Below are positions 1-12,221 of a stretch of DNA of 64,000 nt, piece by piece. The notes under the pieces were generated by a model. It worked only from the letters and a program-made list of their open reading frames with translations. It searched no databases and had not been told where the DNA came from. A program made the position numbers and the translations under genes. How positions within the stretch are numbered: the first letter of the stretch is position 1; every line of letters starts with the position of its first letter. The DNA is from Piedraia hortae CBS 480.64. Lineage: Eukaryota. The stretch lies in assembly GCA_010093745.1 (NCBI GenBank), contig MU005957.1:310001-374000 (forward strand). The letters run 5' to 3'.

Positions 1-585
1 AACTCAAGTGCTGTACGCCATAAACAAGTTCCTTCCGAACCATCGACGCAAGCAGAGCCAATGACACAGCCGTCCTCTTCGCCGCCTCCGCCGGCAAACC
101 CTAAACCGGTCAAACCACTGTCGACCGCAGCCCTACAATCCCTGCTTCCTAAACGAAGGCGAGTGCTTCCTTCTAGACATAAAAAAAAAACGGAATACGA
201 CTTGTCAGACTCAGAGGACGAGCTCACCTCGCACCGGCCTCGCCCGCGAAACGGGAGTACCACGGCAAAGAAGCCTCGGACAGCGCTTACTCCCAAAAAG
301 AACAAAACCAAGGCCAATCCTGCTCCCAAATCGACCACAAAGACCATCAAGACATACGGTCGCCCCCGTTCCACGGTCCCCGATGAGGCGAATGAACTAT
401 ACAACGTACCAGACGAGGGAGAAGGTGAAGACACGGAGCTGGCTGATGTCACCATGCAGGATGTCATTCGCAGCAAAGAGCTGGAGGATGCGAGGAAGAA
501 ATTTGCTGAGATTGATGCGTGGGATATGCAGTTTGAAACAGTTAGTCCGGATGACCATCGTAGCTCCAGTCAGGGCTGGCGATGA
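1..585 (+). CDS. 3' part of a low-complexity protein ending in a sororin-like C-terminal motif (5'-truncated by window)
   Basis: Frame is open from base 1 to TGA at 583-585. Basic/Pro-rich disordered body ends in ELEDARKKFAEIDAWDMQFETV, resembling the sororin C-terminal F-x-E-x-D-x-W/F-x-L-x-F-E motif. Confidence 0.6.
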   Translation, partial: NSSAVRHKQVPSEPSTQAEPMTQPSSSPPPPANPKPVKPLSTAALQSLLPKRRRVLPSRHKKKTEYDLSDSEDELTSHRPRPRNGSTTAKKPRTALTPKKNKTKANPAPKSTTKTIKTYGRPRSTVPDEANELYNVPDEGEGEDTELADVTMQDVIRSKELEDARKKFAEIDAWDMQFETVSPDDHRSSSQGWR

Positions 586-3500
586 CGAAAGCTCTATTCT
601 TGCAAGTGGGATGAATGGATGAGCTTTGACGAGTGATGTGTTTCGAGCGTGGTGTGGTTGCCATGTAGACCAAAATGTACCAATTTTTGCCCGTTCAATT
701 GCGTGAGGGGTGCACCTGCTTTCAAGGGTAACTCTGATCAGAAACTGGTTCTCTCAGAGGTGCCACAACAGACCCCTTGGACATTGCAGATTGCTCTGCA
801 TGAACCTCGTTCGATTCATTCTTCATGTCTCATTCTGGAACAGGCTGTTATTCATTTCAAATCGTCGAGCAAGGAAGCGTGAATGCATAGCGGGCTGTAA
901 GATCCGTCGAGAACATACGAGGAGAAACTTGCGACTCAGATGCCTTCCAAGATCAGGTGATTAATGACAGTTTTATTCACGTTGCACGTCAACGGCGGGA
1001 CAAGCGTGAACTGATCCGGTAGATGCGGTACTTGAACACAGCAGTCGAGTCCGCACACGCAATCATGTCGCAAGCGTGCTTATGGCCAACAGGCGATAGG
1101 CAGTGAATAAAGGAGATCAGACCAGCCGTGACAAATTCATCCGAAACTCAACGCGCAGTTTAAGAGAATCCCATGACAACACCGCACACGTGGCCGGGGA
1201 AGTCGGAATAACGGCCAAAAATAGGGCGTTAATGTCCTCTGCCGAAGGTCTCGTGCCTCGACAAGTTTCATCTTCACAAATACCGGAGGTCATGCCCAGG
1301 AGCCAAGTCATGGGAGGATGTCGTGCGCCTTGTCAAAACAGAGTAGGCCTCGTGCCGGCACCCGGCCCGCCTTCCGCGTAGATGCCCTGCCGAGCATGCC
1401 CAAGCCCTAGTTTGTACGACGTTCAGCTCTACCGTTCACGCGGTGAACGACTTTCACACGAGAGCGTGTTTGGTGGGGCTAAAAGGGCGGTGACCATTAC
1501 ATATCCAGGCACATCTTGAAGCTGCAGGAGACCGTGGGGATAAGTCCATTGTTTTTCTACCAGTTGGTGACTGAGACAGGACCAGATGCAAGTCGGCTGG
1601 AGTTGAGTCCAGTCGATTATCAGGGCCCAAACGTGGCTCGAGTTCAACCACACATTTTTGAGGTGTCCACAACGCTAGCGGTCAGAACAAAGAACTTTGG
1701 GTATCGCTGCAGTTATTTGGAGGCAAGCGATAGCGATCCAATCAGTTTCCAACGATCTGTGCAGCTAACCGAGAGTCTGTTCGCGGTCGGGAAAGCGGCT
1801 ATCTAGATGAAAGGCTGAAAAATTCTTCACAGCAATAAGAGCATGTCAGCTGCGGTTAAAACTAAAAATTGAACATATAGGGGCTGCATAAGGTACGAGG
1901 GATATTGGTTCGAGTGTGGCGCGCGCTGCGGCGCCAAGGCGCTGCACGGGCCAACAGACATCGTCCTCATTCAAACCCCCCCGCCTGCACCTTCTGCGGC
2001 GGGACAGCTCAGATGCATGGTGGCTAGGGCTCTCCAAATTACAATAATTATTATCATAAATTCATAATTACCCCCGATAATTTATCCCGACATAATTATT
2101 TACTATTTTTGGTTTGGCGTCGGCCCGGGACAACGGAACGTCCCGACAGCCAATAGAAGACATGGAAGGCTGCGGGTCGCCCGACGCTTCAAGAAGATAA
2201 TAGAATGTTGACGAGGCGGGCTCCATCTGCCTAGCAAAGGAGCTGGGGGAATAAATGAGTGGGTAATCCCCTCCCTCAGCGGAATCTGGACTCAACGGTC
2301 AAGGCTCTGAGCGCTTGTATGTCGAGGTGGTCGTCTAGTCCCCAGCATGCTAAAATGTGGGCGCAGTGGATAAATTATCCAAATGCGGGGAATAAATTAT
2401 CCTAAGAAATCTTTAGCTTTTATTATCATAATTTATGCTGGAGAACCCTAATGGTGGCTGACAAGGGTCGTTGATCGCCAAAGGGATGGGTGCATGGCAT
2501 ACTGCTGGCGCCATCGCCCGTTATTGTTGGGTGCTGCGAGAATCCATACGCGTCACAACCCAAGACCCGGGGATTAAAACAAGAATCAAAACAACCAAAG
2601 AAGAAGGAACGGCGAAACGCTCCCCGGACCCTGACAAAATCTGTCACACCGACGGGCCCTGGAAGTTGACAGCCCGTCCAGGACCAACCACTGTGTATCG
2701 TCCTAATCTGGTCATGAGCTTGCCCCCCACCCACTCCCTCAAAGAGTTCATCCACACCTTTTTCCAAGCCTTCGAATTGTCAGCTCTCGCGTGACCCGGC
2801 CAAACAAAACTCTCAATGACTGTTTCTTCTGAGGTTTGTGACATATCATTTCTGGCAATCGAATGGCTAGCTTTCTACAAGCTAGCTCTAGCGGAGTCCT
2901 GCATCAGATCCCTATCGGGTCCCGGCCCCCGCCTGAAGAGGCAGCAGAAGCAGATGTGCGGTTAAAATTTTTCTTGGCAATGCGAGCTCGTTGGCACCTT
3001 TTCAGGTGATTGATTATTTGGCAATCGCGGGTAGCTTTCCATGATAATGGTCCGCTTTGTGGGAGGTGGGCGGTGGGCGGTGGCGGAAGAAAGCTATGCA
3101 GACACGTAGCATATGGCAATAGGGATGACTTTTTGCCTCGAGTGTTTGCCGTGATGCTGCAGCTTATTCAATTGTGTTGATGACAATACCAAGAGGACTC
3201 TAGCGGCTGCAAACCCTGCCGGGCTCCCGCCGCAAGGAACGCAACGTTGAGTGGATTCGACGACGGATGGCGTTAAGCGGCTGGCCCTCCCTTGCGTCGG
3301 AGTTATAGATAGACTGCTTTCGGCGAGGGTGCCAGCCCATGCAGCTGTCCTCTGCTACCCTGACGCACGACGATGCAGTGGCCTGAGCGTGCTGGGTCTG
3401 CGCTCTTGCTCAAGTCTGACTGGACCCAGATTTCTGGGAGTCTTAGGTAGTCGATTCTGCTCTGGGCGCCAGAGATGAACGGGACTGACCAACCACAAGG

Positions 3501-4308
3501 CTGGTTATCCCTACTGTCACCTGCATCATTGCCCACATCAAAACATCATCAAGCCGTCGTCAACTGCTGTCTTTTTTCCAGAAAAAGTTGATTTCCTTTA
3601 GACCATCCGGCGCAGGCAAAGGAGTTATCCACCACTACACCACATTCACTTCACCATCGCTTTGGGTACAGTCGATCAATAACAATTTCACATTCACTGC
3701 TAACTCCATGACGCCCAAACGGTCGCTTTCTGGCTGACGTGACGGCGATTACGCTGATTGTGGCCCACGAGATTGACCGCAGCGATATTATTCACGCGCA
3801 TCGTCTCACCACTTACTGGCCTCGTCACCCTGCTCAGCCTCAAACATACCTTGAGCAACCCACCCGATACATCAACCCAGTGGTTGCCTCTTTTAAGTCA
3901 GGTGAGGAACCTTTTTTTCTGCTCTACTATGGATGCCACGGCAAGGCCGGTTGCTAACTAAGCTTCAGATATCGCCAAGTGAAAGAGAAAGAACACGATT
4001 GAACGGTTCGGCGACGTTTGCGAAGTTTGCGTATCGATCAGACGTCGGTCAAGAAGGCTGTCAGCATTGCGCCCTTGATCTCGACTTACAAGAACGTCTG
4101 GGTTGGATAGGGCGTGTGCAGTCTACCAACATCGAGCTGCAGAGGCAGGCAGCCACAGAGCCGCGTGCGAGACGTGGTACAATCGCTCATCGTAACCTGA
4201 CAGACGTGAAAGGTTCCTGGACGGTGGCCCGATCGAGTCCAACGACGGTTTCGATTGCTGTGGAACTATCAACCGATATTGGCGCCACTGATCGACGAGC
4301 AGATATTG

Positions 4309-7066
4309 ATGGGTTTGATGTTCGACATGGAACAAGGTATGCTGCCCCCTTCATTCTCGGCGAGATTGGCGCCTGCACCACAACGGACAAGACTGCTGTC
4401 ATTCGATCCAATGTCGTGGGGCGGGTGCCTGCGGACATGGCGATCAGATGCGTGCGACCTCAGACGTTGAGTGTGGGAGATTCTCCTCGTCGAGTCCACG
4501 ACCGTCCATGGGCCCGGCGAATAACCCTTATGCAAGCCTTCCTGTCGTTGCTGACAAGGATTGCAGGCCCTCTCCTTCCCCAGCAGATGCCCATGCACGA
4601 TTATACCATGTCAGATCACGATTTCAACGGCCAGTTTGCGGGCAACGGTCATCATACATCGTATGCCGTTGGCGGTGCCATGGATGGGCGTGGCCACTCC
4701 GCAGTATTGCCCCAGCCGGCGACCAATACCTATGCATACGCCTCGGGCAATCCCCCACATGGGACCCGGTTTGTTCCTGACCGCGCAGATGCTAGCAGGT
4801 AAGTGTGTCCCGCATTTATTGGCCCCGACTTGCAGGTGGCGTTGGCCATGATCTTTTTTCCGGATCACCAATCCTGAGAGTGATATGGCGGCCACGTTCA
4901 TGGAACAACCCAGCCACCTCCACGCCCCTCCCCCACCCTTTACTATCGCCCAACGCTGCGGCAGCGGGTAGGGCAGGCAGGAGGCAGCAGGCAGCGTCGG
5001 GATTCCCTGCCCCGGGCCATCCATACGGACTGCCTCCCGTACGCCCCACGGCTGCGCCCCTCTCGTCTTTCAGATCACGCGATTGGCGGCGATGGGGGGT
5101 GGACGCGGTGGCCTGAGCAGCTGTTCCCACTTCCTCGGTTGCGCCCAAGGTTACACAAACGCACCCACGCAATTTTAACCCTGCACCATCCGGAATCTAC
5201 GGCTGAGGCGAGTGGGGAGGTAACAAAGGCTAACAGTTGACGCACAGCACCTTCAGGGCCACAGGCCATTTTACCGACTCGAGCTCCGGCTCCATCTCCA
5301 CCAGTCCGTCCTCGGCCGCGTCGTACACGGCCTTTCCAGCAAACCATTACACAGCCATCCCACCCACCTTGGGGCCCGTACAACTGCCCCCGTCCTTTGT
5401 GCCCAGTTTTAATGCTGGCACGCGGCTCTCATCATTGTACGTGACTCGAGACTCGCCCGCTGGCTTCTTGACTTACAACTTGCAGCCCTGCCTCGTGCAT
5501 GCTACCGCCCCCCGTACAGGCAGCAACACGGTCTGATCCGCCAGCCTCGTCTACCGATCGCGAGGCTTACGCCACAACGGCTTCGTACGCTACCCGTCCA
5601 CCGCCCACCGTCTCATCTGGAAGCAGAAACGTCGGTTTCAGCACCTACCCTGACACGCCACGAATATTGACAGGTGCCACTTCCCCCACTTATACTGGCT
5701 ACGGCAGCTACATCCCTCCCATGGCTTCCTCGGCCGGCTGTCCCCCTACAAACGAGTCGCACCAGTTTCCGTGGACAGACCGCCAGTACCTGGCGACAAT
5801 GACGTGCGAGGGACAAGAAGTCACGCCAAACATCTTTGCAAGGGTGGAAAAAGGCTTCTTCAAGGCGCCCTCGGATCAAAAGTGGACTTGCTACCGACGA
5901 AACTACTTTTCAGTGACGTGTCATTTTGAACTACATCCTACAATCAACAATGCCCGTCTTTTTCTCAAGCGGGAGAGTTCTGCTGATCAGATGATTCAGG
6001 CGTTGGGCATGCGGCTGTCGGCATCTGTTGACGGCGCTGCTGGTAAGAGCATCGAGCTCGTGCAGCATACGCCCAAGCGCGACAGTGGACCAAAATGCAA
6101 GATTGAAGTCACAAAAGTACATCCAACGCCTCCTTCATCCACTCGAAACGATTCTGTCGCTGGTCATGTCGTATACAACATGCCGCACCCCAATGTTCAT
6201 GCACCAAACTCGGCACCTGGACCGTATTTGCCTTTGCAGGCAACTGGCGATGTCGGGAGCGCGCAGCCTGGCACATCCTCGCAGTCTGCCTATCCTTATG
6301 CAGCTTCGCCACTGATGCCGGGACACAACACCGCCCACACGTTTGAGCGCGTGCAGTTCAAGCAGGCTACAGCAAACAATGGAAAGCGAAGAGCGTCACA
6401 GCAGTACTTTCATCTCATTGCCGAGTTGTTGGCCGATGTGCGCAAGGACGGGGATGAGATGCCGGTCTGGGTCAAGGTTGCGCACCTGGTGAGTGAAAAG
6501 ATTGTTGTCCGCGGCCGATCTCCGAGTCATTATCACAATGAGGGCCAGAGCGGGCAGCCCGGCCGCAGTGGGGCGTCTGGCGGGAGCTTTAGCAATCCGT
6601 CCGGTGTCAGCTATACCGCCGTCGGTAGTAGCGGTTTCCGTGGTTCAACGGGGACGTTCAACGGCGCAATGGGCGGTGCGGGTGACTATCGTAGTCATTA
6701 CAACGTCGAGCACGGCTCCGACGGCTCCGACGGCTCCGACAGCAGTCCAATCAGCCCAGACGAGATTGTGCACTCGCCCGATACTGATCGGTGTGGGCCG
6801 GAAGGGTACCAGTACTTTCATGCTCCCGCATACGATGCAGTGCCATCTCAACCGTTTAAGAATGATAGATATTCGTCGACGGATCCTCGACAGTACTCTG
6901 TAAAAGCGGAGTATACAGACGACATGATGGGACGGGCGTGGCAAATGGGCGGCTGCAATCGGCTCACAGGTGTGTCTATGTCATGCTGTCAAAAGACCAA
7001 ACTGACGAAGTAGGTGCCGAGGCAAGTCGAAAATATTTCATGGATCTCATGGCCGGCTACAGCTAG
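4309..7066 (+). CDS. NDT80/PhoG-family DNA-binding transcription factor; predicted join(4309..4336,4567..4798,5248..5436,5486..6969,7014..7066)
   Basis: Motifs VEKGFF, WTCYRRNYFSV, IELVQHTPKRD, HTFERVQFKQATANNGKRRASQQYFHL and VVRGRSPSHY. GT..AG introns with matching phases were traced by hand; the 5' exons are less certain. Confidence 0.9.
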
Positions 7067-7467
7067 TGACGACTGGTTCAAACGACGCTCGCTGGACGGC
7101 GTCTTCAACGCCTTGTTGATTTTTCAGCTTGTTTTGTCGATGGCATGGAAACAGGGTTCATCACACACGCACGTACACGACTCGACGTGGTATTTTCTTT
7201 TAACGACTGGCATGATGATGATAGAAAAAAGGGACGACTGGGACTTGCGTAATCGTGTACGAGGAAGAGAAGGGAAATTCATTTGTAGGTTAGGTTGTTT
7301 ACAGTCTCGCAGGAGGCCCGATTGATCAGACGTTTGCTATTCCACTGTGCATCCGTAGTCACGTTCGTTGAAGTTTACTTCAACTTTAAGCCGCAACATT
7401 TTTGCGGGGTGACATCAACCTCACCCACAAATTGCGTCCTCAAATTCCTCCACCGCCCCCGATTAAA

Positions 7468-8304
7468 ATGGCCGACTTCCGCGCACTAATAACTTGGTCC
7501 CTCTCCGGCTCCCTCGCCTCATTCCTCCTCCCCCTCCTGTTGGTCATCCTCCTCCCCCCTCTAATCCACTTTTTACTCTACTACACACGCACGCGCTCCT
7601 CCTCCCCTTCGGGAACCCATATTCTCCTCCTTGGACCCAGTGGCGCGGGAAAAACAGCACTCCTCGTCCGTCTAGCCGGTGAGTCTGGCGAGACGCGGAC
7701 GTCCATCACTGGCAACAAAATCGAAACATCGCTGGGTGGGGAGGGGAGGAATACTACAAGTGACACGAAGGAAGAGAATAACACAAAAGGGGAGGGTGCA
7801 TATCGCTCAATTAACGACCCTCTTTCCCCCACCAAAACCAAAGTGATAGTAGAAGACACACCCGGCCACCCAAAACTCCGCCCCCTCGCCCTCAACTCCC
7901 TCGCCAAGGCCACAACCAACATCATCTTCGTAGTCGACAGCTCCCACCCCGCCTCACCCTCCACAGCGGAGTTTCTCTACCAAATCCTCGACTCACTCCT
8001 CCGCCGAGGCGCGAAAGCGAGGGTTTGTATTCTTGCGAATAAACAGGATTTATTCACCGCGTTGCCTGTGCAGAGGGTGGGGGAGGTGCTCGAGGAGGGG
8101 GTTCAGAGGGTTGTGCAGGGGAGGGTTGCTTCGCGCGCGTTGGAGTTTGAGGGGGAGAATGAAGGGTGGGATGCTTCACGGGGGTTTTCGTTTGAGGGGT
8201 TGGGGGAGGATGGGGTATTGGTTGAGGTTAGGGGGTGTGAGGCTATGAGTGAGGGGGGAGTGAGGGGGGTGAGGGAATGGGCTTTGGAGGGGAGAGGGGG
8301 GTAA
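7468..8304 (+). CDS. SRP102: Signal recognition particle receptor beta subunit (SRbeta GTPase)
   Basis: N-terminal TM helix, P-loop GPSGAGKT, DTPGHPKLR, IIFVVDS and ANKQDLFTA. ATG at 7468. Confidence 0.9.
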   Translation: MADFRALITWSLSGSLASFLLPLLLVILLPPLIHFLLYYTRTRSSSPSGTHILLLGPSGAGKTALLVRLAGESGETRTSITGNKIETSLGGEGRNTTSDTKEENNTKGEGAYRSINDPLSPTKTKVIVEDTPGHPKLRPLALNSLAKATTNIIFVVDSSHPASPSTAEFLYQILDSLLRRGAKARVCILANKQDLFTALPVQRVGEVLEEGVQRVVQGRVASRALEFEGENEGWDASRGFSFEGLGEDGVLVEVRGCEAMSEGGVRGVREWALEGRGG

Positions 8305-8427
8305 GGGAGTACCTATTGATGGGATATGATGGCTGAGGGAGTATGGATGGCAAGAGGGTTGGGCGTAATGATATATCATCTAGTTTCGTTACTACAGTCG
8401 AATTGCTTTTCAGGGGGGTTTTGTGGT

Positions 8428-11289
8428 TCATGTGGTTCGTTCTGGGTCGTTGGGGAGGGGGTGTATGGTTTCTTCTTGTTTGATAGGCTTCGGGTTGTTA
8501 GAAGTGGTGGGATCTTGCATCTCGCTCGAGTTCGTTACAGGTTCGGAGTCTGGGTGCCCCGTGGGAACCCCGTTCTGCAATGGTCCCTGACGCTCTGCAT
8601 CCACTGCATGGTCATAAGAGTGCTCCAGGTGGGGATAATACACGGGCTGATGAATATGCTGGTGAGGTGCCTGCGTTTCTGAATAATAGAAAGGCTGCGA
8701 GGAATGGAACGGCACCAGCTCGGCATCGGCCGGGACAGTCTGCAACGCATGAGAGAAGGCGTATCCGCCTGCAGGCGGGGGTGGTTCGTGAAGGTACTCT
8801 GGAGTCGGGGGCGGTATCGTTTGATGATGCATCTCGGTTGGGTGGAAAGACGGGGCTGGTGACTGTGTTGATGGGTGCGCAGCAATGACACTGTCGCTGG
8901 AGGTCGGACGGGAGGATGTTTTATCAGGGACCATCGCGGGCTTGGATGGATGTGGTTGATACGGACGAGGTAAAGTTTGATATGAAACCGGTGCTGCTTG
9001 GAAGGTGCGTCCTTGAGATGCCGCCAGATTCGAAGGCGGGTCGGCCTTGAATGTCGCCTGGTTTGAAGCCGGCTCGGTCTGGAGTGCCGCTTGAATTGAA
9101 GCTACTCCATCCTGGAAGGCATGTCCCTGAATGTGACCAGCAGAGACTGGCCGCGGCGGAGGCGCCATGTCACTCTTCCGAGCCCCAGACATGAGCTGCT
9201 TCTCCTGGGCCTTTTTAGCCGCATTCGCCTTCCTCGTCTGTGCGCCCTTCAAAGCTCTCGCCCTCAGCTGCTCTCGCCTCTCCTGCGAAACAGGATCAAC
9301 CAGCTTGACCTCGTGCAAACTCTTGGTCAGTTGCTCAAGAGGATCGTTCTGTGTTCCATCTGTTGGCGCACGCGCACGACTGTTAGCTCTCGAGCTCGAT
9401 GCTGTAGCTGTAGTGCGAGGCAATGCATCCAAGGTCTGTCTACGGTCGAAATTATAAGACTTTGCTTTTCGGTCTCTCAGCTGTCTCGGGCCCGTTTCGA
9501 CATTCATAGCATCCATCTTCCGAGATAGTGCTTCGGCAGAAACGGCCTTCTTCCTGCTAAGCTCCTCAGCCGAGCAGCTCTTAGTGGTCCGATCGACAGG
9601 TATCAAAACTTTAGCCAGCTCGTGCGTGGCCAGGACCCAATCCACATCAACCGAAGGCGGGACATAAACATCCCGAAACGTGCGTGACATTGATTGCGAA
9701 AACTTATCCCGATCAACGACCTTGTGCGTGAATGATTCGGTTGGAGACGCATACGTAGGCTGAACGTACTGTGCTCTTGGCTTTACAGCAGTTGTCTTCA
9801 TCTCAAGAGCTTCGAGACTGGCTTGTGACCACCATCCTTCGTCAAAGCCTCCATGAACCAAACCGGATATATGGCTCATCACGCCGCTGCAGAGGGCACG
9901 GTCGCTGTATCCGCCTTCAAGAACACTGATAACCCTCCCTTCACACCCCGAGGCAGGTTCCTGAGCAAGCCCAACCACGTCCCGAGTGAAGCGGGCGTAA
10001 AAAGACGTGGGAACATTAACTTTGTGCCTCTGCATACCTGAACTTTCCCATTCGCTTGCATCGAAGCCGGCAGAGATGAAAATTGCAGCCCGGGGAGGCG
10101 TCTTGTTTCCTCTGGCATTGTGCTGATGCAGAAAAATGCGTGCCTTGTCAATAATGATACGATATCTGCCTTCGTAGAGCTGCCAAAACTCTTCTTCCGT
10201 CTTCCACGGCTGGAGATGGACGTTCCATATATTCTGCCCGTGGGCGTATTCAATACACAGGCTTGCTGCTTGCACTTTCTCATCGTCCCCTGATTCACAC
10301 GGGTACGAATTGATGTCGTGTAAACTGTAGTAGGCGATATCCGGAGCCAGTCGGGACTTTTGTCTGGCAGCCCGTTTCTTCATGTTTGCGCTGTTGCGTT
10401 CCCAAGCAATAGTCTGCGAGCCGTCTCCATGATGAAGGTCAAAATCCAGAATGGCAACGTGCGTTAAGCCATATTTCTGGGCCGCGTATTCGATACCCAC
10501 ATGGACGTTGTTCAACCAGCAGAAGCCGGACGGATGGTCTGTCGAGCAATGATGTCCCGGAGGTCGGATGGCCACGAAGGCCCTCTTGGTAGGGGTAGTG
10601 AATACAGCATCAACGGCTTCTGCCACTCCACCCAAAGCTCCACGGAAAGCTTCTAGCGATCCAGGACTGAGATATAGGTCTCCCTCGTGCAGTCTTTGTC
10701 TCTCATCCCCCTCTGCCCGACCGACTTCTATTGTACCCGACGCCAGTTTTCCCTCAGCTCCATTACACATGTCTTGTAGCTCAGCCATCCAGGCTGTACC
10801 ATGCACGTTCGTCACGTAGGATTCCGTTACGTCCATGGTCCGACCCGTGCGGCGAATAGCAAACGGAGGACGACCAGTAGGTGCTCGTCCGGGAGCATTG
10901 GCGCCGCCGGTAAAGTGTCCTCCAAGCTGGACATATGCAGCTGATGCTCCCAGGACGCTGGCTAAGACCCTCTCGGGTCGTTCGACAATCAGATTCAGCG
11001 TCGATTTGCTCGTCTTGGGTCGGGAGAAACGATGTCCGTAGCAGGCGTCATGTAAAATGACGACGGTATCAGCATCCTGGCTGGCAGCCAGATGACGGTT
11101 GAAATGCTCCGAGGCGATCTGCGCAGCGGTGGTGGGAACGGGTTCTGGACTTGGTTCCATGGTTGAAAGACCAGAGGAGCGTCTGGACGTCATGCGGTCG
11201 AGAGATTTTCTGCTGTTTTTGGACACTTCGGGGGATCGACGGGCGCTCAGCGAGCTGGACGACCGCCGCGACTGATCATTCACATCCAT
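8428..11289 (-). CDS. HOS3: Histone deacetylase, HOS3-like
   Basis: [53 protein letters not shown] and [11 protein letters not shown], followed by a long disordered C-terminus. Confidence 0.93.
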   Translation of the reverse strand: MDVNDQSRRSSSSLSARRSPEVSKNSRKSLDRMTSRRSSGLSTMEPSPEPVPTTAAQIASEHFNRHLAASQDADTVVILHDACYGHRFSRPKTSKSTLNLIVERPERVLASVLGASAAYVQLGGHFTGGANAPGRAPTGRPPFAIRRTGRTMDVTESYVTNVHGTAWMAELQDMCNGAEGKLASGTIEVGRAEGDERQRLHEGDLYLSPGSLEAFRGALGGVAEAVDAVFTTPTKRAFVAIRPPGHHCSTDHPSGFCWLNNVHVGIEYAAQKYGLTHVAILDFDLHHGDGSQTIAWERNSANMKKRAARQKSRLAPDIAYYSLHDINSYPCESGDDEKVQAASLCIEYAHGQNIWNVHLQPWKTEEEFWQLYEGRYRIIIDKARIFLHQHNARGNKTPPRAAIFISAGFDASEWESSGMQRHKVNVPTSFYARFTRDVVGLAQEPASGCEGRVISVLEGGYSDRALCSGVMSHISGLVHGGFDEGWWSQASLEALEMKTTAVKPRAQYVQPTYASPTESFTHKVVDRDKFSQSMSRTFRDVYVPPSVDVDWVLATHELAKVLIPVDRTTKSCSAEELSRKKAVSAEALSRKMDAMNVETGPRQLRDRKAKSYNFDRRQTLDALPRTTATASSSRANSRARAPTDGTQNDPLEQLTKSLHEVKLVDPVSQERREQLRARALKGAQTRKANAAKKAQEKQLMSGARKSDMAPPPRPVSAGHIQGHAFQDGVASIQAALQTEPASNQATFKADPPSNLAASQGRTFQAAPVSYQTLPRPYQPHPSKPAMVPDKTSSRPTSSDSVIAAHPSTQSPAPSFHPTEMHHQTIPPPTPEYLHEPPPPAGGYAFSHALQTVPADAELVPFHSSQPFYYSETQAPHQHIHQPVYYPHLEHSYDHAVDAERQGPLQNGVPTGHPDSEPVTNSSEMQDPTTSNNPKPIKQEETIHPLPNDPERTT

Positions 11290-11393
11290 TGTTGGCCTGC
11301 CACGCTCTGTCGCGTTCTGCCGGGCTTCTTATCGCGTCGTGTCGCGTCGCGTCGCGTCAGAATTGCGCACCAATCAGAGCCCATCGCACGGCC

Positions 11394-12074
11394 ATGGCCG
11401 ACAAAGACAAGAAACCGGATGAATTCTTCTACACGTGGGCCAATTTCTTCTCCATCCTAACCGGCCGTGCATCGTCACAGACACGAGATGGTTACTTTCA
11501 CGCCCGGGACGTGGCGCGCGAACAACTCGACTGCGCGCGCTGTGAAAAGGACAAGCGCTGGCTGTTCGCCTACTCGCCCATGATTCGGTTTATGAAGCAT
11601 AACATCGATCTACTCGGCCCAGCCGATGGCTCGGCATCGATTCACCCAGGCAACGTCCGCTGTCGCCGCTGCGAGACACACCAGTCCGGCGGCTTCGACC
11701 CCAACTACGGCATCCTCATCTGCGCCAACCACCTCAGAAATCGTGGCCATCTGGAGGACACGCTCGCTCACGAAATGGTCCATGCCTACGATTATCTGCG
11801 TTTCCGTCTCGACACCCAGGACCTCCGCCACGCGGCATGCATGGAGATCCGCGCCTCCACGCTCAGCGGCGAATGTCGCTGGACCCGCGAGTTCTTCACC
11901 AGAGGCCAGTGGAATATCACTCAGCAGCTGCAGGAGTGTGTCAGGAGAAGGGCCATCCTCAGCGTTGCGGCGAGACCCGCTTGCAAAGACACCGAACAGG
12001 CTACTCGAGTTGTCAACGAGGTCTGGGATAGCTGCTTCAACGATACGAGGCCGTTTGATGAGATATACCGATAG
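11394..12074 (+). CDS. ATP23: Mitochondrial inner membrane protease ATP23 (peptidase M76)
   Basis: [14 protein letters not shown], zinc motif [21 protein letters not shown] and C-terminal [16 protein letters not shown] at 11394. Confidence 0.95.
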   Translation: MADKDKKPDEFFYTWANFFSILTGRASSQTRDGYFHARDVAREQLDCARCEKDKRWLFAYSPMIRFMKHNIDLLGPADGSASIHPGNVRCRRCETHQSGGFDPNYGILICANHLRNRGHLEDTLAHEMVHAYDYLRFRLDTQDLRHAACMEIRASTLSGECRWTREFFTRGQWNITQQLQECVRRRAILSVAARPACKDTEQATRVVNEVWDSCFNDTRPFDEIYR

Positions 12075-12221
12075 AATATACCTGTTTAGATTATGTAAAA
12101 GTACTGCATAAACTTCGCGGAGACGCACAGATTAGACTTCAAGGAATGTTCAGTGGTGATCAGCAGAGACAACCGAGAAAAGCAACGTAAAACGTGAGTA
12201 CCGAAACTCCCATCGTATAGT

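Noticed and set aside
2444..2451. AACCCTAA in the 3 kb gap as an alternative TER template
   Set aside because: Only an 8-nt match, and I saw no long-range helices or pseudoknot around it. Worth revisiting only if the telomeres prove to be TTAGGG.
3933..4802. 289-aa ORF upstream of the NDT80 domain
   Set aside because: It starts inside a predicted intron and reads through another. Only 4567..4798 is likely coding.
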